Shown: positions 13,911 to 26,704 of the stretch, one piece after another
How the letters are laid out: the number at the start of each line of letters is the position of its first letter
Numbering within the stretch: position 1 is the stretch's first letter
Origin: Antedon mediterranea
Lineage: Eukaryota > Animalia > Echinodermata
Assembly: GCF_964355755.1 (NCBI RefSeq)
Contig: NC_092672.1
Coordinates: 11,780,001-11,844,000 of the forward strand
DNA length: 64,000 nucleotides
Direction of reading: 5' to 3'
The notes under the pieces: generated by a model
The model's database searches: none
What the model was told of the DNA's origin: nothing
Seen by the model: the letters and a program-made list of their open reading frames with translations, nothing else
Program-made: the position numbers and the translations under genes

Positions 13911-14756
13911 TATTTTTAGAAAGAAATAAATAAGGTGAGCCCTCTGTATTCAAGAAAGTATCAATAGATGGCGCTATTGATTAGAAAGTTGATTGTTTAA
14001 AACACTGCTGAACAACTGTTTTTGTATAGATATTTTTTATATATTTTATAATAAAATTCTGAAAAAATCCATTTTTTATGAACGGAAAACGATAGTTAAA
14101 ACCGTTATTTACATTATCTTTGGGTTTTCCTAATTACAGACAATTTAAATGCAGGAATTTTAAAATTTTGTGTCGTCTTTTGGTTAAAACATGGTGAAAA
14201 TTGTGTATCATTTTCATATAAGCTATTATGTTTTATACTTTAATTGAAAGTGTTCCAATGGGTTGTTTTTAATTAAAAGTGTGCATGATAAAATACAACC
14301 AATAGTTTATGAACGAAGGTGCGAAGTTTGATTGAAATACAATTGCTAAAGCCCTGTTTTTTTGTACTTACCATTTCCTGTTATTTAACTTTACAAGCAT
14401 TTTTTCTTTTTTCTATCAACTTTTGCGTTGATACCTGTGAAAATCGTGGTTTTGAAAAGTCCAACTTATGTCTGATTTCAGATGAATCTGCCACATAGTA
14501 ATTATGTTGATAACGTATGTATTTGCTGGTGGTTAAAATGAATGACGTCACGCACGGTATGTATGTTTCACATTGATTGGTATACCCAATACCAACATTC
14601 TGATAATCGATTTTGTATAAATGTCTCAAAGTAGGACACACGATACCTACTACTAGGTACAATTAATCTATTAACGCTCTTAGTATTGTAGAGTATGTGC
14701 AATATGAACAAATTTCGTTTTTAGAGGGGTCTTGTGGACATTGTTATACAGTTGAT

Positions 14757-14785
14757 TTTTTATTTATTTATTTATTTATTATTAA

Positions 14786-14816
<31 letters not shown>
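14757..14816. repeat. (TTTA)n/(TTA)n microsatellite
   Basis: Directly visible simple repeat. Confidence 0.9.
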
Positions 14817-15891
14817 TAGATTTTGCTTATAAGAAGCTAATAATACTGTCGACGAGACACACTATTATCGTATAGAAACCATCAATCATTCTGGTTTGAA
14901 TATTTTGAACAGCTTGTTTCTAGTTATTTTAATGAACATCGCTGTCTTTCACACTTACAATGACAATGTTAAGGGTTTCAGATCGTAAATATATTCGAAT
15001 ATGCTGTGATCATTATGATATTTTGTTATTTTTTGATGATGAACAAATGAATTATATCAAAAGAATTGACGTTGGTTGTCCGGTTTATGCTTCACTTCCT
15101 GTATGGTCATTATTATGTTAATATGTAATACGTTTTAAAATTAAGTCATGAACTCATTATAATTCTTTCATTTAACGAATACGTATGTATATTCGGCAAT
15201 CGGTAATTTGAAAAAGATGAGCTGCTTTATCCGAAATACTAAAGTATAATGGTAGCAGACATTCCAACAAAAGGAAGAGAATGTTTCAAACTTTGAAATA
15301 CGCTAACAACTTGTATAATTGTCTATCAGTGCGCCCGCCGTAACCAGAGAAGAGTGAAGCCATACGATTAACAGTTCCGACCAACTACAGTAATGTTAAC
15401 CGGCCCATGATGACCACATCAGGTGTTCTCGTGCGGAGGTGTCTAATAAGCATAAGCCATTTTGAAGGGTTCCCGACGGTTTTTGCTTTGCCTTCCATAC
15501 AGGATAAACTTGCACAATCAATCACGGTGAATTCAGGTACCACTGTTGTGCGATCTCTCTCACCCCAGGATGAAACACCACACATCTGGTTTGTAATATC
15601 TGAAATGATGGAATCTTACTTAGCCGTGTATTTATCACGCCTGGTTGATGAAGTAATTTGACACAATGAAAAAACCCAAAGTAACCTGTTTAATAAAACT
15701 AAGTAGGCTAACGTTAAACAATATTTTGCTTCATTCCCTAAACCCACAGCAAGGAGCAGACAATCTTGCTCAGACATCGAAAGCTGTTTTCTTAATCAAA
15801 TTCTTCTTTATATGAACAATTCAATGAAGAGACATACATATGTAGTCCGCAATTGGGAAAGCGATTACCTTTAACATTCGTCTATATATCT

Positions 15892-15927
<36 letters not shown>
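15892..15927. repeat. (TCTA)n microsatellite
   Basis: About 9 TCTA units. Confidence 0.9.
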
Positions 15928-15928
<1 letters not shown>

Positions 15929-16537
15929 TTCTTGGATGTTTGATGAATATCTTTAAGATGTATAATATCTGATGCTTAATTGCTAAGAGGTATCTCTATT
16001 ATGCTTTCTAAATAATATATGCCTGTTTATGATTTCAGATGACATTTAAGGCAGTAAGTCATTTTATATATTATTTAACATATTTTGTTTTATTTATTTT
16101 AGATTTGTGTTAAAAAAAGTAATCTATGTTTTGTAAATTATGTTTAAATATTCATCATTATAATAAATGACATTTTCATCCAAGGATGGCTTATCTGTGT
16201 TTAATTGGTGTCTTGTCTGGTCACGAGAGTAACATAAACTTAATTTTATCTATCACGCGGAAATAGAACGAGACTGTTTGACTACATAGTACAGAAGTCG
16301 TCTTTACCCATGGATAATTCATAGCTACTCCAGCAAAACGACCCTTGTAACAACTATAACACCAACAATACATATTTAAGTAAGATGAGCAACTGCCAAT
16401 ACATTAAACACTATATATCATATACATTAAACATTTATTCAAATACTGCAAAATAAATTTAATAATATTGCTTTAAAAACATTAAATCATACTCGTCTCA
16501 CGTCTTTAATGCGAATTTGATAAAAGAGGTGATGCAG

Positions 16538-16690
16538 TGAGAGGGCCACGGGAGATGGAGAAAGGTTAGGGGTAAGAGAGAGAGAGAGAGAGATGGAGGG
16601 GGAAGGACGGGGGCAAGAGAGAGACCGGGAGAAGGGGAGAAGGGGGAGAAAAACAATGCACCCGACATTATTTCCCTTGGGGGAGGGGAA
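16538..16690 (+). repeat. Purine-rich (GA/G-run) low-complexity tract
   Basis: (GA)n plus several G3-G5 runs in an otherwise AT-rich background. Confidence 0.75.
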
Positions 16691-16879
16691 GCAGTAAACT
16701 GTAGAATTTCAACCAAATATTGTACCCTCAGATCAGCTATAGATATGCATATCACTGCCTTGTGTCTTACGCGAATTGTCTTTTAGATCGGTTAGTAAAA
16801 CGACGACGACCAGGTATATTATTATCGCTGAATTTGACGTTTTTTTTTTGTTTGTTCGCACTTTTTCACGATCGACTGT

Positions 16880-17045
16880 ATAAGCGACTTCGATAACTCC
16901 AGATGGCGCCATATTTAAAGGTCAATCGGGACAAACAGGTTCATCTAGGCTGGCGCGTCGCGCATGCCTCTTTCCAAGACAGAATTTTTTTGTCCCGATC
17001 GACCTTTTAAATATGGCGCCCTCTGGAGTTATCGAAGTCGCTTAT
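16880..17045. mobile_element. Foldback MITE with roughly 55-bp inverted arms
   Basis: ATAAGCGACTTCGATAACTCCAGATGGCGCCATATTTAAAGGTCAATCGGGACAAA ... TTTGTCCCGATCGACCTTTTAAATATGGCGCCCTCTGGAGTTATCGAAGTCGCTTAT. Confidence 0.8.
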
Positions 17046-18671
17046 TGCACCAAAAATTAATGGTATATTGTTCAACATTAGTATTTACTGTAGTAAACCA
17101 GCTAAGCTCTCTGATAAACACTAAAGCACAGTAATGCATTTCAAACTATAGTATATAACAACAATGTTGTGATTTGTTTTGTTTTAATGAAGTATATGCC
17201 CTACCCATACCCGATAGAGGGCATTCCACTCTCTATTTGCCGAAGGTGGACATTTTTCCCCGAACTAAAGTAGTCACGCTTACGGGAGGTTAAACTATGA
17301 TAGAAGATACACTTTAGTAACATGGTTTCTAAGAGTATCATCTCCGAGAGTCTTGTTTTGTAAAAATAATGTTTACTATTTAACATACAATCGGCCAACT
17401 CTGTTATTAATAAATAAAATGACAATGATCCATTTGTCCATAGTGAAAAACTCATTCATATTAGCACAAGGTCCATCCCAGGCAGCGATGTGAAAAGCAC
17501 TCTTCTACGACACTGGAGAATGTAAAACGCCAAACATACAGACAGACGCAAAGTAATAACGCTGTGTACATAGGCCTTCCCTTCTAAATCATATGATAAT
17601 TAGCCACGATTTTTACAAAAAATCTCTATAAGCTAATAGAGAATTATCCTATTTATTTTGCGCCTCTAGTTAAGACACGATTAATCATTATGACTCCCGT
17701 ATATTTCAAAGAGCTTAATATTGCAGCCGTGTAATAACAATATCCTATAAATTATCAACTTTCTTTAACAACGTACGAATTAAGCAGATTAGTTTCAAGT
17801 ATTTATTGTGATTTTATAAATTAATGGCGTGATTCTAGAATAAGTCATTTATTATACAATACAAACAATAATGTTATTCCAAATGTTTAATTTATTTGCG
17901 ATGAAACCATGGATAGGATATCGGGTCAAACGGTCACAAATATTAAAACACGCTGATTATGTGTAAACCGCTGCAAGTATTTAATGTCAATTTAGAAAAA
18001 ACACGTATATGTGTATTTAAACATTTAAAATCATTTCAATTATTTGTATGATTCTTTACATATATGGTTAAAGGCTTGGATTCCATATGACATCGAAACA
18101 AAAAAGGCATAATATTTAGTGGTTCATTTTCAATGGGCATTATATGTGCCTATACAAAGACCAACAATACTTTTGTTAATAAATCAAACTTTATTTAGTG
18201 CAATAACAATAATTTATACGATGTGAAAATGTTATTTTAATTTCAAATTTAAATACCGTTATTAATAATTAATAACTTGTTTACTGTGACTTTTTTTTCA
18301 AATATATCAAAAATAATAATATTTTCTATTAAAACAACCCAATATTGTGTGTATTTCATTGTTTTTCATGGTTTTAGACTGCAAGACCTAGTAAGTAATA
18401 ATGTTTATTTTAAATGTAGTCCTTGATTACATAAAAAAGAACATTAGTAATTGAATACTTCAGACTAATTTATTTTTCCTATGTTTACTATTAAGGAAGA
18501 CTACACTGGTTTGTAATAGTGGGGATATATAGTAGTGTTTTCAAGTTTTTCCCTTTCTTCCCATACATTATTAAAATAAGATATTACTTCAATTTGATTA
18601 ATTTTTATGAATGGTTTATCATTATTAGTATGCTTTTGACGAGATTTAATTTTAAACTGCTCTTGTAGAAA

Positions 18672-18811
18672 AACAAGGCCATATACATGGCTGCAGTCGC
18701 GTGCTCAAGTTAGTGTTTATCGACCAACCGACCAACAGACCAACCGATCGACCGACCGATTAACCAACCGACCGACATAGTGAGCTGTAGAGTCGCGTTG
18801 CACGCGACTAA
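18672..18811 (-). mobile_element. DINE-1/HINE-like non-autonomous Helentron
   Basis: Minus strand shows a 5' subterminal repeat AGTCGCGTGC with adjacent partial inverted copy, a (GTCG/GTTG)n microsatellite core, a 3' subterminal repeat GCACGCGACT, the hairpin GCCATGTATATGGC and a T-rich insertion site. Confidence 0.8.
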
Positions 18812-19419
18812 TAATGGAATTGAATTGATTTTCCATTACCATGTTTCAGATATGGTTTTTATTCAATTCCACGCTTTTATTTATATCATAGTAGCCTTAA
18901 CTTATTACAAGCAGACTGATTAATGAAAGAAGCGTACGACAACGCTCGCGTATTATCTACATCCATTGTGTCCGGGACCGCCAATGCAGTTATAAATAAA
19001 ATAATTTAATATTTCTAAACGTATAATTCGTATACAGCCACTTATAATGTGACCACTTTATAAAAGTAAATCCCCGACAATCAGATATTACGTCTGGTAT
19101 CCATATCAACCATTTGTACTGCTTACATAGCATCGGGTCATCGGTTTTTGGCAGATGACAAGATAGGTAGACATAGCATCGGACTTCAATACAAAACAAT
19201 CCGATCAATCAAACGGACAATGATGATGTTTACCCGCTCATGAAAGTTAATTAATTAAAATAATCAAATCAACGCGAATGATAATAATTTAATTTAAAGG
19301 AATTTAGAAAGATGTCTCGTTTAACCATAACAGTTTACTTGAGATGTCTTTATGGCTACGGTATTGATCGTTAGGGCTGGTTTATGACGAAAGCCCAAAA
19401 TAGTTAAATAATACATTAA

Positions 19420-19630
19420 AGGCCAATTAACACAGGCGAGCGGTAAGCTGTAAGCTGAAAAAAATTTATTTCTTACTATTTGCACAAAACGCGGAGCAGA
19501 CGAGTGATTGAGCGAAAACCCACATCTCAGGATAGATACAAATCCTACGTCGGACAAGCTACGTGGTTATCGGCTCACCGTTACACAGATCGGCCGTTAC
19601 CGCTACGCTCATCTGTGCAAATTGGTCATT
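19420..19630. mobile_element. Degenerate MITE
   Basis: AGGCCAATTAACACAGGCGAGCG ... CGCTCATCTGTGCAAATTGGTCAT, imperfect inverted ends flanked by TAA/TTA. Confidence 0.45.
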
Positions 19631-19941
19631 TAAGGCTGGTTTATAGTTAGGCCTAGTAATAATAAATAGTTAAATAATACTTTTATAGTATAGAAAACCA
19701 AAATAAAAAAAGTGTTCATAGACAATTTTCTCAGATAAAATATAAATACTATTTTACAATCAAATCAAATGACGTCGTGAAAAAAACAATTAAAATTCAT
19801 AGGATATAACGAAATTTTGCTATTGATCTTTTTTTCTCGCTTTCGTGAGATTCACTCACCTTAATTTCATATTTTTGTTTCATGCTTATTTTGAATTATT
19901 TTTTTTGTAATCAATCAGTTCTTGTTTTGTTTTTGCATATA

Positions 19942-20612
19942 CAGGCAGCAGATATTAATTCTGAACCGCCACCGCTTGATATTCTGAAGATTAATTATAT
20001 AATATACATATATTTCTTTATAAAAAAAAACTTTTATATAATAGGTTTCCCATTTGTCTTACAGATGTAGATTATAAGTTAGCGTCAGAGACAGAATTGC
20101 CCAAGAATAAAATGTTCTTATTCATCTTTTCCTCTGTGTATAGATCTATGAGTGGAGTGTGGCTTGGTGGATATGATGCTTGGCTACAACTCCAAGGTTC
20201 AAGTCCCGTCACATTTTTTCTAAGCCCAACATTACAACTCCACTCCCAAATACTTGTAATAAGACTTTGTTTATGTAGAGCATCTTGTGTATATGTTTGT
20301 CTTTAATGTTGGATGGATCACCCTCATTGTCCTGGGTTCAAGTCCTTCTGTGTATGGATATGTGGCTTGGTGGTTATGATGCTTGACTACCCTCATTAAA
20401 CAGGGTCAAAACAAAATAAAGGTATAATTTACAGCCACAAACAGGAAACGCTCACGTAATAATGGTAATAGTAATATACTGGTGGGCACGAGGGAATCTG
20501 TGATAATGAGAAACAGTCTCCCAGGCAAGCTTCGAATCCAAAACCTTCTGATTGATATGCAGACAACCTACCGCTAACGTCAACGTCGATTGGATAGTGA
20601 CTCTTAAATACC
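19942..20612 (-). mobile_element. Old, interrupted copy of the tRNA-containing element (pieces about 19942-20000 and 20489-20612), with degenerate plus-strand tRNA-like heads between them
   Basis: CAGGCAGCAGATATTAATTCTGAACCGCC and GAATCTGTGATAATGAGAAACAGTC...TTGATATGCAGA...TCGATTGGATAGTGACTCTT match 26260-26490. Interval 20155-20390 has repeated TGTGGCTTGGTGG (A box-like) and GGTTCAAGTCC (B box-like). Confidence 0.6.
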
Positions 20613-20726
20613 TTATAATACACACATTCATTCGTCGTCATTCGTTACCACCCAATTAGACAGGCCTTTATGTCGTGTTCTTTTGTGAGTTCAAAATTCT
20701 GAGTTTTTAAGATGGAGAGAATAGAG

Positions 20727-21290
20727 TGTCTGGTGCAATCCTTCCAATATTAAAAAACTTCAAACTCTTCAAAAAAGGCAATCAGGGTTATATCTGGCGC
20801 CTTACTCCTGTCTCATTCATCTCATATTTTTTCTTAGCTTCATTTTCTCAAAGTCCTTGATATCAATCTAACCCAACAAAGTTCTTTCATCTTTTCTTCT
20901 ATTAATTCTAACCTTCCTAAACATCTTTGTTCCATGTTCAATCCTAATTCTGTAATTCGTTATCATCATACCCATATTAGTTTAAAATTGCATATTCCAA
21001 CCCATAAAACCAACCACTTTCAACACAACATTAGGTATTCCAGACCCACTTTTTGGAACGATCTGCCACTCCCTATCTTAAACCCTGTTTCCAGTAAATC
21101 ATTGTTATCTAAACTTAAAAAGTCACCTTATTTCCAAATATTAACTATTCTTTGGTCAATTGTTTATTTATTTATTTATTATTATTTTTTAATTGTCTGT
21201 GTAAGTAATAAGAACGCCCTCCACAAGATGTGTTTTTCATCTTTATGGGCGTGTACCCTCTTCTTTCTAAAATCGTTTATATATATTGTA
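20727..21290 (+). mobile_element. 5'-truncated CR1/L2-clade LINE relic (C-terminal ORF2 plus 3' UTR)
   Basis: Frameshifted translation VW..NIKKLQTLQK/AIRVISG..SHSSHIF..LHFLKVLDIN...IPTHKTNHFQHNIRYSRPTFWNDLPLPI...SKLKK has the typical post-RT motifs (LQK.AIR.I, L..L...DI, P..WN.LP). This explains the 20934-21293 ORF. Confidence 0.8.
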
Positions 21291-21299
21291 TGATTTTGT

Positions 21300-21612
21300 T
21301 GTTTGTTTTATCTTTATACTGGGTGACCTCTTCAGTCAAAGACTGATCTCCCAGAGGGCCCAGTTGGTGATCAGTGGCTGTGATGTACTAATACACCCGG
21401 GTAACCCCCTACTCATCTCGAAAGATGTACTAGGTTCTTTAAAGTGCACACGAGCTAGATGTGTACACTGGATTTATACACTGGTTTATAGTCCTTATCC
21501 GAGAAGACTCGTTCTACCACCAGAACCATGGAGCGAGTGAGCCTCGAACCCCTGCCGATGTTATGGCTACGTGATTACGGTTCCACTGTCTTAACCGCTC
21601 GGCCACTCACTC
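21300..21612 (-). mobile_element. tRNA-derived SINE with a Nin/Deu-like central domain
   Basis: Minus strand head TGGCCGAGCGGTTAAGAC (A box) and GGTTCGAGGC (B box), body CTCGGATAAGGACTATAAACC...GCACTTTAAAGAACC...GAGTAGGGGGTTACCCGGGTG, A-rich tail. Related copies lie at 8090 and 47995. The domain name is from recalled consensus, not a search. Confidence 0.75.
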
Positions 21613-24600
21613 ACTATACGAAAGGAGTAAATAAATGTTGCTTTAAATTGAAAAAGAATTGAATTTGGACCTATAGAATTGTAAAATTAAGTTCTTAATT
21701 TTACCTATAGTGTTTGCTAAACGTCAATCACATTCCCAATTATTCCCATTCTACTATAGTATTATAACATGATGATGGGCAGTGAATATAATGAACATGA
21801 CTATTAGTTATAGAGACTAGTAGTGTGAGATACTGTGTAGGCCCAGGCATACTAACCTTATTTTAGTTTATGTATATGGGAAGAATGTACGGTATGTGTG
21901 ACGCAATCATACAAAAGATAAAAAAAATGTAATACACAGTCTGTTTGCCTATTTTTTTAAAAGTGAATATTTTAAATTACACACCTGATTGTATTCTTAT
22001 AATTTGATTGGTTACTACGTATCACGTGCCGTTCTTTCAACTTATGAAATATGCTTACCATTCAACAGTCAATATTTGTATAATACACTGAAAATACATA
22101 GAATGAAATGTTCTTACTCAGTTAAATGATATTTAATAATTATAAGTAAAAGAAATGATACAAACCTATCCCACTATACTAATAATTGTAATCACTAATA
22201 TAACGTTCAAGCATTAATTTAAGTTCCAGCTCTGCATAATGCCTATTGGGTGCATGTAGGTAAGATAAAACAAGGTTTGATCAGAAATTTTAAAGGTTTA
22301 TCTCACGATTTCCATTAGTGGTTAAATCCATAAGTACTCGTAAAATACGTGATGCGATATCACAGTAAGTAATAGTCAGAAGTATGTATTTGCATGTTTT
22401 ATCAATTGGAAGTTAATAACAAATTGACGTGATTTTAAGGTGTTGATCGAGTACTCTCAGCTGCCATGGTAACGCAGCTTAGCATACGACTTGGTTCATT
22501 TATAGGTGTTTAATTTTCAAATGTAATTAAAATCTACAAATTATTTTAGCAATTCGTTCATAAATCCTGAAAATCTGAATTGTGTTTTGGATTATGTAGG
22601 TTATAATATTTTTTATAATGGAATTCACCATTTTACGGTAGGTAGGCCAATATGCACTTTTGTGTTGGTTTACAGCAATCATTTTGAACTTAAAGCGTAT
22701 TGTTTCGGTTGGAGAATATCTCATTGTGAGTAGGCCTAAAGTGTAGTGGAGAAAATACTCGATAATATTGTGGATTAATATGTATGTGATAACAAACAAT
22801 TCTTTACAAATATGTACATTACTACTATACACTATTGATGGACGCTTACTTCTTATAGCTTCACTGTGCTTTATAACCGACATGACCCATACTTTTCCAT
22901 CTGTACATTTGAAAGTAGGCCTAACATTAGGTATTGGCTCATTTAACATTATGGTAATAATGAACTGATTCGAGTTATAAAAACACCGAAACAACTATAT
23001 TATGCTGACATTTCATCGGCTTTTTAATTTGTTGCATATTTAAGGAAAGTGTGTTGTGTAAAAAGTTGGCTAGAATTAGTTTGTTCACACAAGTTGAATA
23101 TACAGTAATTGTACGGTGATGTAATGTGAAATAAAAGTCACACGAATAAATCACGAAACTTATACTGACGAACTCAGAATTATTCGTTAATAAAAGATAG
23201 GTTTACTGTAGAAACGATGGAAGTCGGTCGATTATCTCAAAAGGCATGAGCGATAAAATATTATATTGATCGAATTAATCCATTGAGACAATCCACAGTG
23301 CGAGTTTGCCAATTTATTTTTACTTTCTCGTGCAATGCTATCTATATGTATCGGCAACTTTGATATCAATGATAGAATTATGATGCATTTACACGATAAA
23401 ATTGCCATCCATGCACCGCTGGTACATGTATACGTCCGCATCATATATGTAACAAAGACACGAGAAGACAACTACCATTTCAATAGTGATTCTGTAAACT
23501 ATAATTAGCATTGAAACAAAATTGCGAAAATACCAATATTTTTATTACTTAACAAAAAGCGACTCATTATGGAATACATTACAGGAGATTAACATCACAC
23601 GGCCTCTTGGATGGATAGACGCAGTGGTTATATCACTTTTAGGTCACAGTACTCATGTCAAATCAAAAGTCAAAATGTGATATTTTTTTAAAGCAAAATT
23701 TAATACATACTATTTTTATGAGGAAAGAACTGTAAAAGAAATTTAACAATATCTGACATCTCTACTAATGCGAGATGCTGATATCATCAGTCAAGTGAAG
23801 TGGCCGATTGGGGTCCGGGGTGCCAAATACAATGCAAGCCATAATATCGCTACACGTTTAAGATTATTGGATCTTGACTTCATACTGGATCTCCAGTTTA
23901 CACACCTTGACTCACTAACAAACACAGTGAATCTTTCGGAAGAGTAAATGATTACACAGTGTACTGGTCTATCTCATCTTTTGTCGTTCATGGTAAACGC
24001 TTTAAATATGGCTGCCATTTTGTTGTTTCAAATATGAGGATGAACTAAACTAAGTGGTAGGTGTATTTGTCAGTAAAAACTGACTTGACGATACCCGTAC
24101 GGTATGATGTCTAGATAGAATCAACTGCGGGTCTGTTTCATGTCAATCGGTGGCAAAAGGCCAATTCATAACACGCGAATGTCATTATGTTATTTGATTG
24201 GAGAAGATCGATTCGACGAAGAATTATGTTATTTTCATCCCAGATGTACGCAGTATCAGTAAGCTTTGTGGTAAAATATATGTGTACACAGAAACCATGT
24301 TGAGAATATTTCTCTTAACAGAAGATAAATGATTACGGTACGGTATGTAAATCCTAGAAGTCAAATTATATCAGTTCTAGCCCGAATCCAATTATAAAAC
24401 GAGATAGATTGATCAATGCTTAAATACTATAATGTGCTCGGTTGTTTATGCAATCTATCTTGGGAATTTCTTTAGTTAATTAAGCATTGATACTACAATT
24501 TATCAGATATACTGATCGTTCTGTACGACTGGGAAATATGGCAAAACACTGTTACAGCACGGAGTTTAACAATTATGGCGTTTAACGATGATATTAAAAC

Positions 24601-25021
24601 CGGTCTATACGAAGATAGTGATGAATAATAATGAGCTCTGTGTGATGAACAAAAGATCTATAATGCTGAGTGTAATTGCCACTTGTTTCATGCAATTATG
24701 ATAACCGACTTGCATTGTTGATATCTAAGAAGGCTAATGGAATAATTGCCTGCACATCGAATTTCTTTTAAGGAGCTATACTTCGTTTTTCCTAGTTTGC
24801 GTAGGCCTAATCGTCTAAAAAACATTTGAGTTTTAAATATTTTTGAACAAAAATTAATCTAATTAACTTAGATTTTAAAATAATATAATATTCGTAATTG
24901 CCAGCAACACCAATTAGGTTGTATAACTGTACGGCAGTTAAATATTTCTTTGGGAATGTTTTTAGTGATTAATGTAATACTATGTCTCTAGATGAGAACA
25001 GTACAAGAATCATAAGTATAA

Positions 25022-25182
25022 AGCTTTGTCTACACTATCAAACTTTATGTGTCAAAAAAATGTGATGTGCCCATATATGGACATGATGATGTCATATCAC
25101 TACCATATTTAAGCATAGCACTACCATATATAGGCACATCAAACTTTTTTGACACATAAAGTTTGATAGTGTAGACAAGGCT
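25022..25182. mobile_element. PIF/Harbinger-type MITE (family AGCTCTGTCTACACTATCAAAC)
   Basis: TAA|AGCTTTGTCTACACTATCAAACTTTATGTGTCAAAAAA ... TTTTTTGACACATAAAGTTTGATAGTGTAGACAAGGCT|TAA. Confidence 0.88.
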
Positions 25183-26203
25183 TAACAGCAATTGCATAAC
25201 AATAGCAGAACTGTTGAATACCATCCTGAGATGAGATCTTTTATTTTAGTACAGTTTATTTATTATTATTATTATTTATTTATCCGTTTTTTTTTATTTT
25301 TTACTGTTAATTTATACGTAAGTTTACTGTCTATGGACCAGAGATTCCAAAAAAAAAGATTGAATGAATGAAAACAAACCCAACGGAATACTAAGGTAAG
25401 TTAATGACTGTAGGCTATATGTCCAGCATATCACATATTCATAATAACGATGTGATTTTGTATCAGTTACCGGTAGTCAATCGGATCCAAAGCTATAACA
25501 TTCATAGTAGCACCCGAAATAATAGTTCGGATAGTAATATCGGTTATTGGCGTACACGTTTACGTAAATGAATTTACGAGATTTATCTTGGAATAATGGA
25601 TTTACATAATAACATTAACTTGCTGTGTTCATAGTGACAGAAATGATACAAGCTTAAAAAGATAAATACATTGTTCAGTGGACCATACTTATTTATAAGT
25701 AGATTATGTTATAGAAGCTCAACTTAATCGGTTAACAGCTTCGTCGGAGTATAAGTAGTCCATATTTTTAATCATCGTTACTATTATTCATTATAATAAT
25801 GAAATCAATATTGCAGATTTATAATCAGATTTTAGAATTTGATTCACGATAGTTTCGAGACGTAATATAAAAGCATAATTAGTGAGACATATGTCAGCAG
25901 GGAAATTACGAGTCTGTTACTACTTGGTGTTTTTCTTCCTTTCTTTTTCGTGTAATGAATGCAGTCGAACTTTTGTATTTAAGTTTATTTAAGCCTGCGT
26001 TCGTATCATTACTTTCCTTATGCAATAGGATAGGTTAGTGTTGCCAGAAAGCTCTGCTAACTTTTCTGACTGTTTTAGTTTATCATTTTGATTTAGCTTT
26101 TCGCTTTTTTTGTATCTCCCTTGAGATCCAGTCAGTGATACCCATAACATTGTTATTATTTTTTTTCAGTAGTTTGCCTTTGGATATATACATATTGAGT
26201 TGA

Positions 26204-26207
<4 letters not shown>

Positions 26208-26259
<52 letters not shown>
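26208..26259. repeat. (TA)n microsatellite
   Basis: Uninterrupted TA run. Confidence 0.95.
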
Positions 26260-26263
<4 letters not shown>

Positions 26264-26580
26264 AAATCAGGCAAAGAACAGTAATTCTAAACCGTCCGGT
26301 GATATACTGAAATTTAATTAATTAATTTGAAACGATAAAGATGAGGAAATCTGTGAGAATGAGAAAAAGTCGCCCCAACCGAGACTCGAACTCGGATCGT
26401 CTGCTTGATATGCAGTTGCACTAACCATTAGACCACTCGGGCTTTCATGGTAGTGGTCAAACTCGATTGGATAGCGACTCTTTAACATTCTCGGCGTGGT
26501 ACGGCGGAACAGCACTAGTCCTCAGTTGTACGCACGCGCAACAGAGATCAAATTGATACGCACTCGTATATGCGCGTATA
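26260..26580 (-). mobile_element. (TA)n-flanked interspersed element with an internal tRNA-like module
   Basis: TA runs at both ends, copies at 1191 and about 19942/20489, and a tRNA-like cloverleaf at 26371-26442. Confidence 0.8.
26371..26442 (-). pseudogene. tRNA-like pseudogene (Asp/Glu-like, apparent anticodon ATC) inside a repeat
   Basis: GCCCGAG TGGTCTAATGGTTAGTGCA ACTGC ATATCAA GCAGA CGAT CCGAG TTCGAGT CTCGG TTGGGGC G: 72 nt, A and B boxes, perfect T stem, one acceptor-stem mismatch, followed by TTTTT. Confidence 0.65.
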
Positions 26581-26704
26581 TATATAAATCCAAAGGCAAA
26601 TTACTGAAAAAAATGCTGTGGGTATCAGTGGCTGGATCTCAATGGAGATACAAAAATAAAAGCGAAAAGCTAAATCAAAACGATAAAGTAAACAGCCAGA
26701 AAAG

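Noticed and set aside
26371-26442. Functional tRNA gene
   Set aside because: Mismatches in the acceptor, D and anticodon stems, atypical A at position 32 and ATC anticodon, and it is embedded in a multi-copy repeat.
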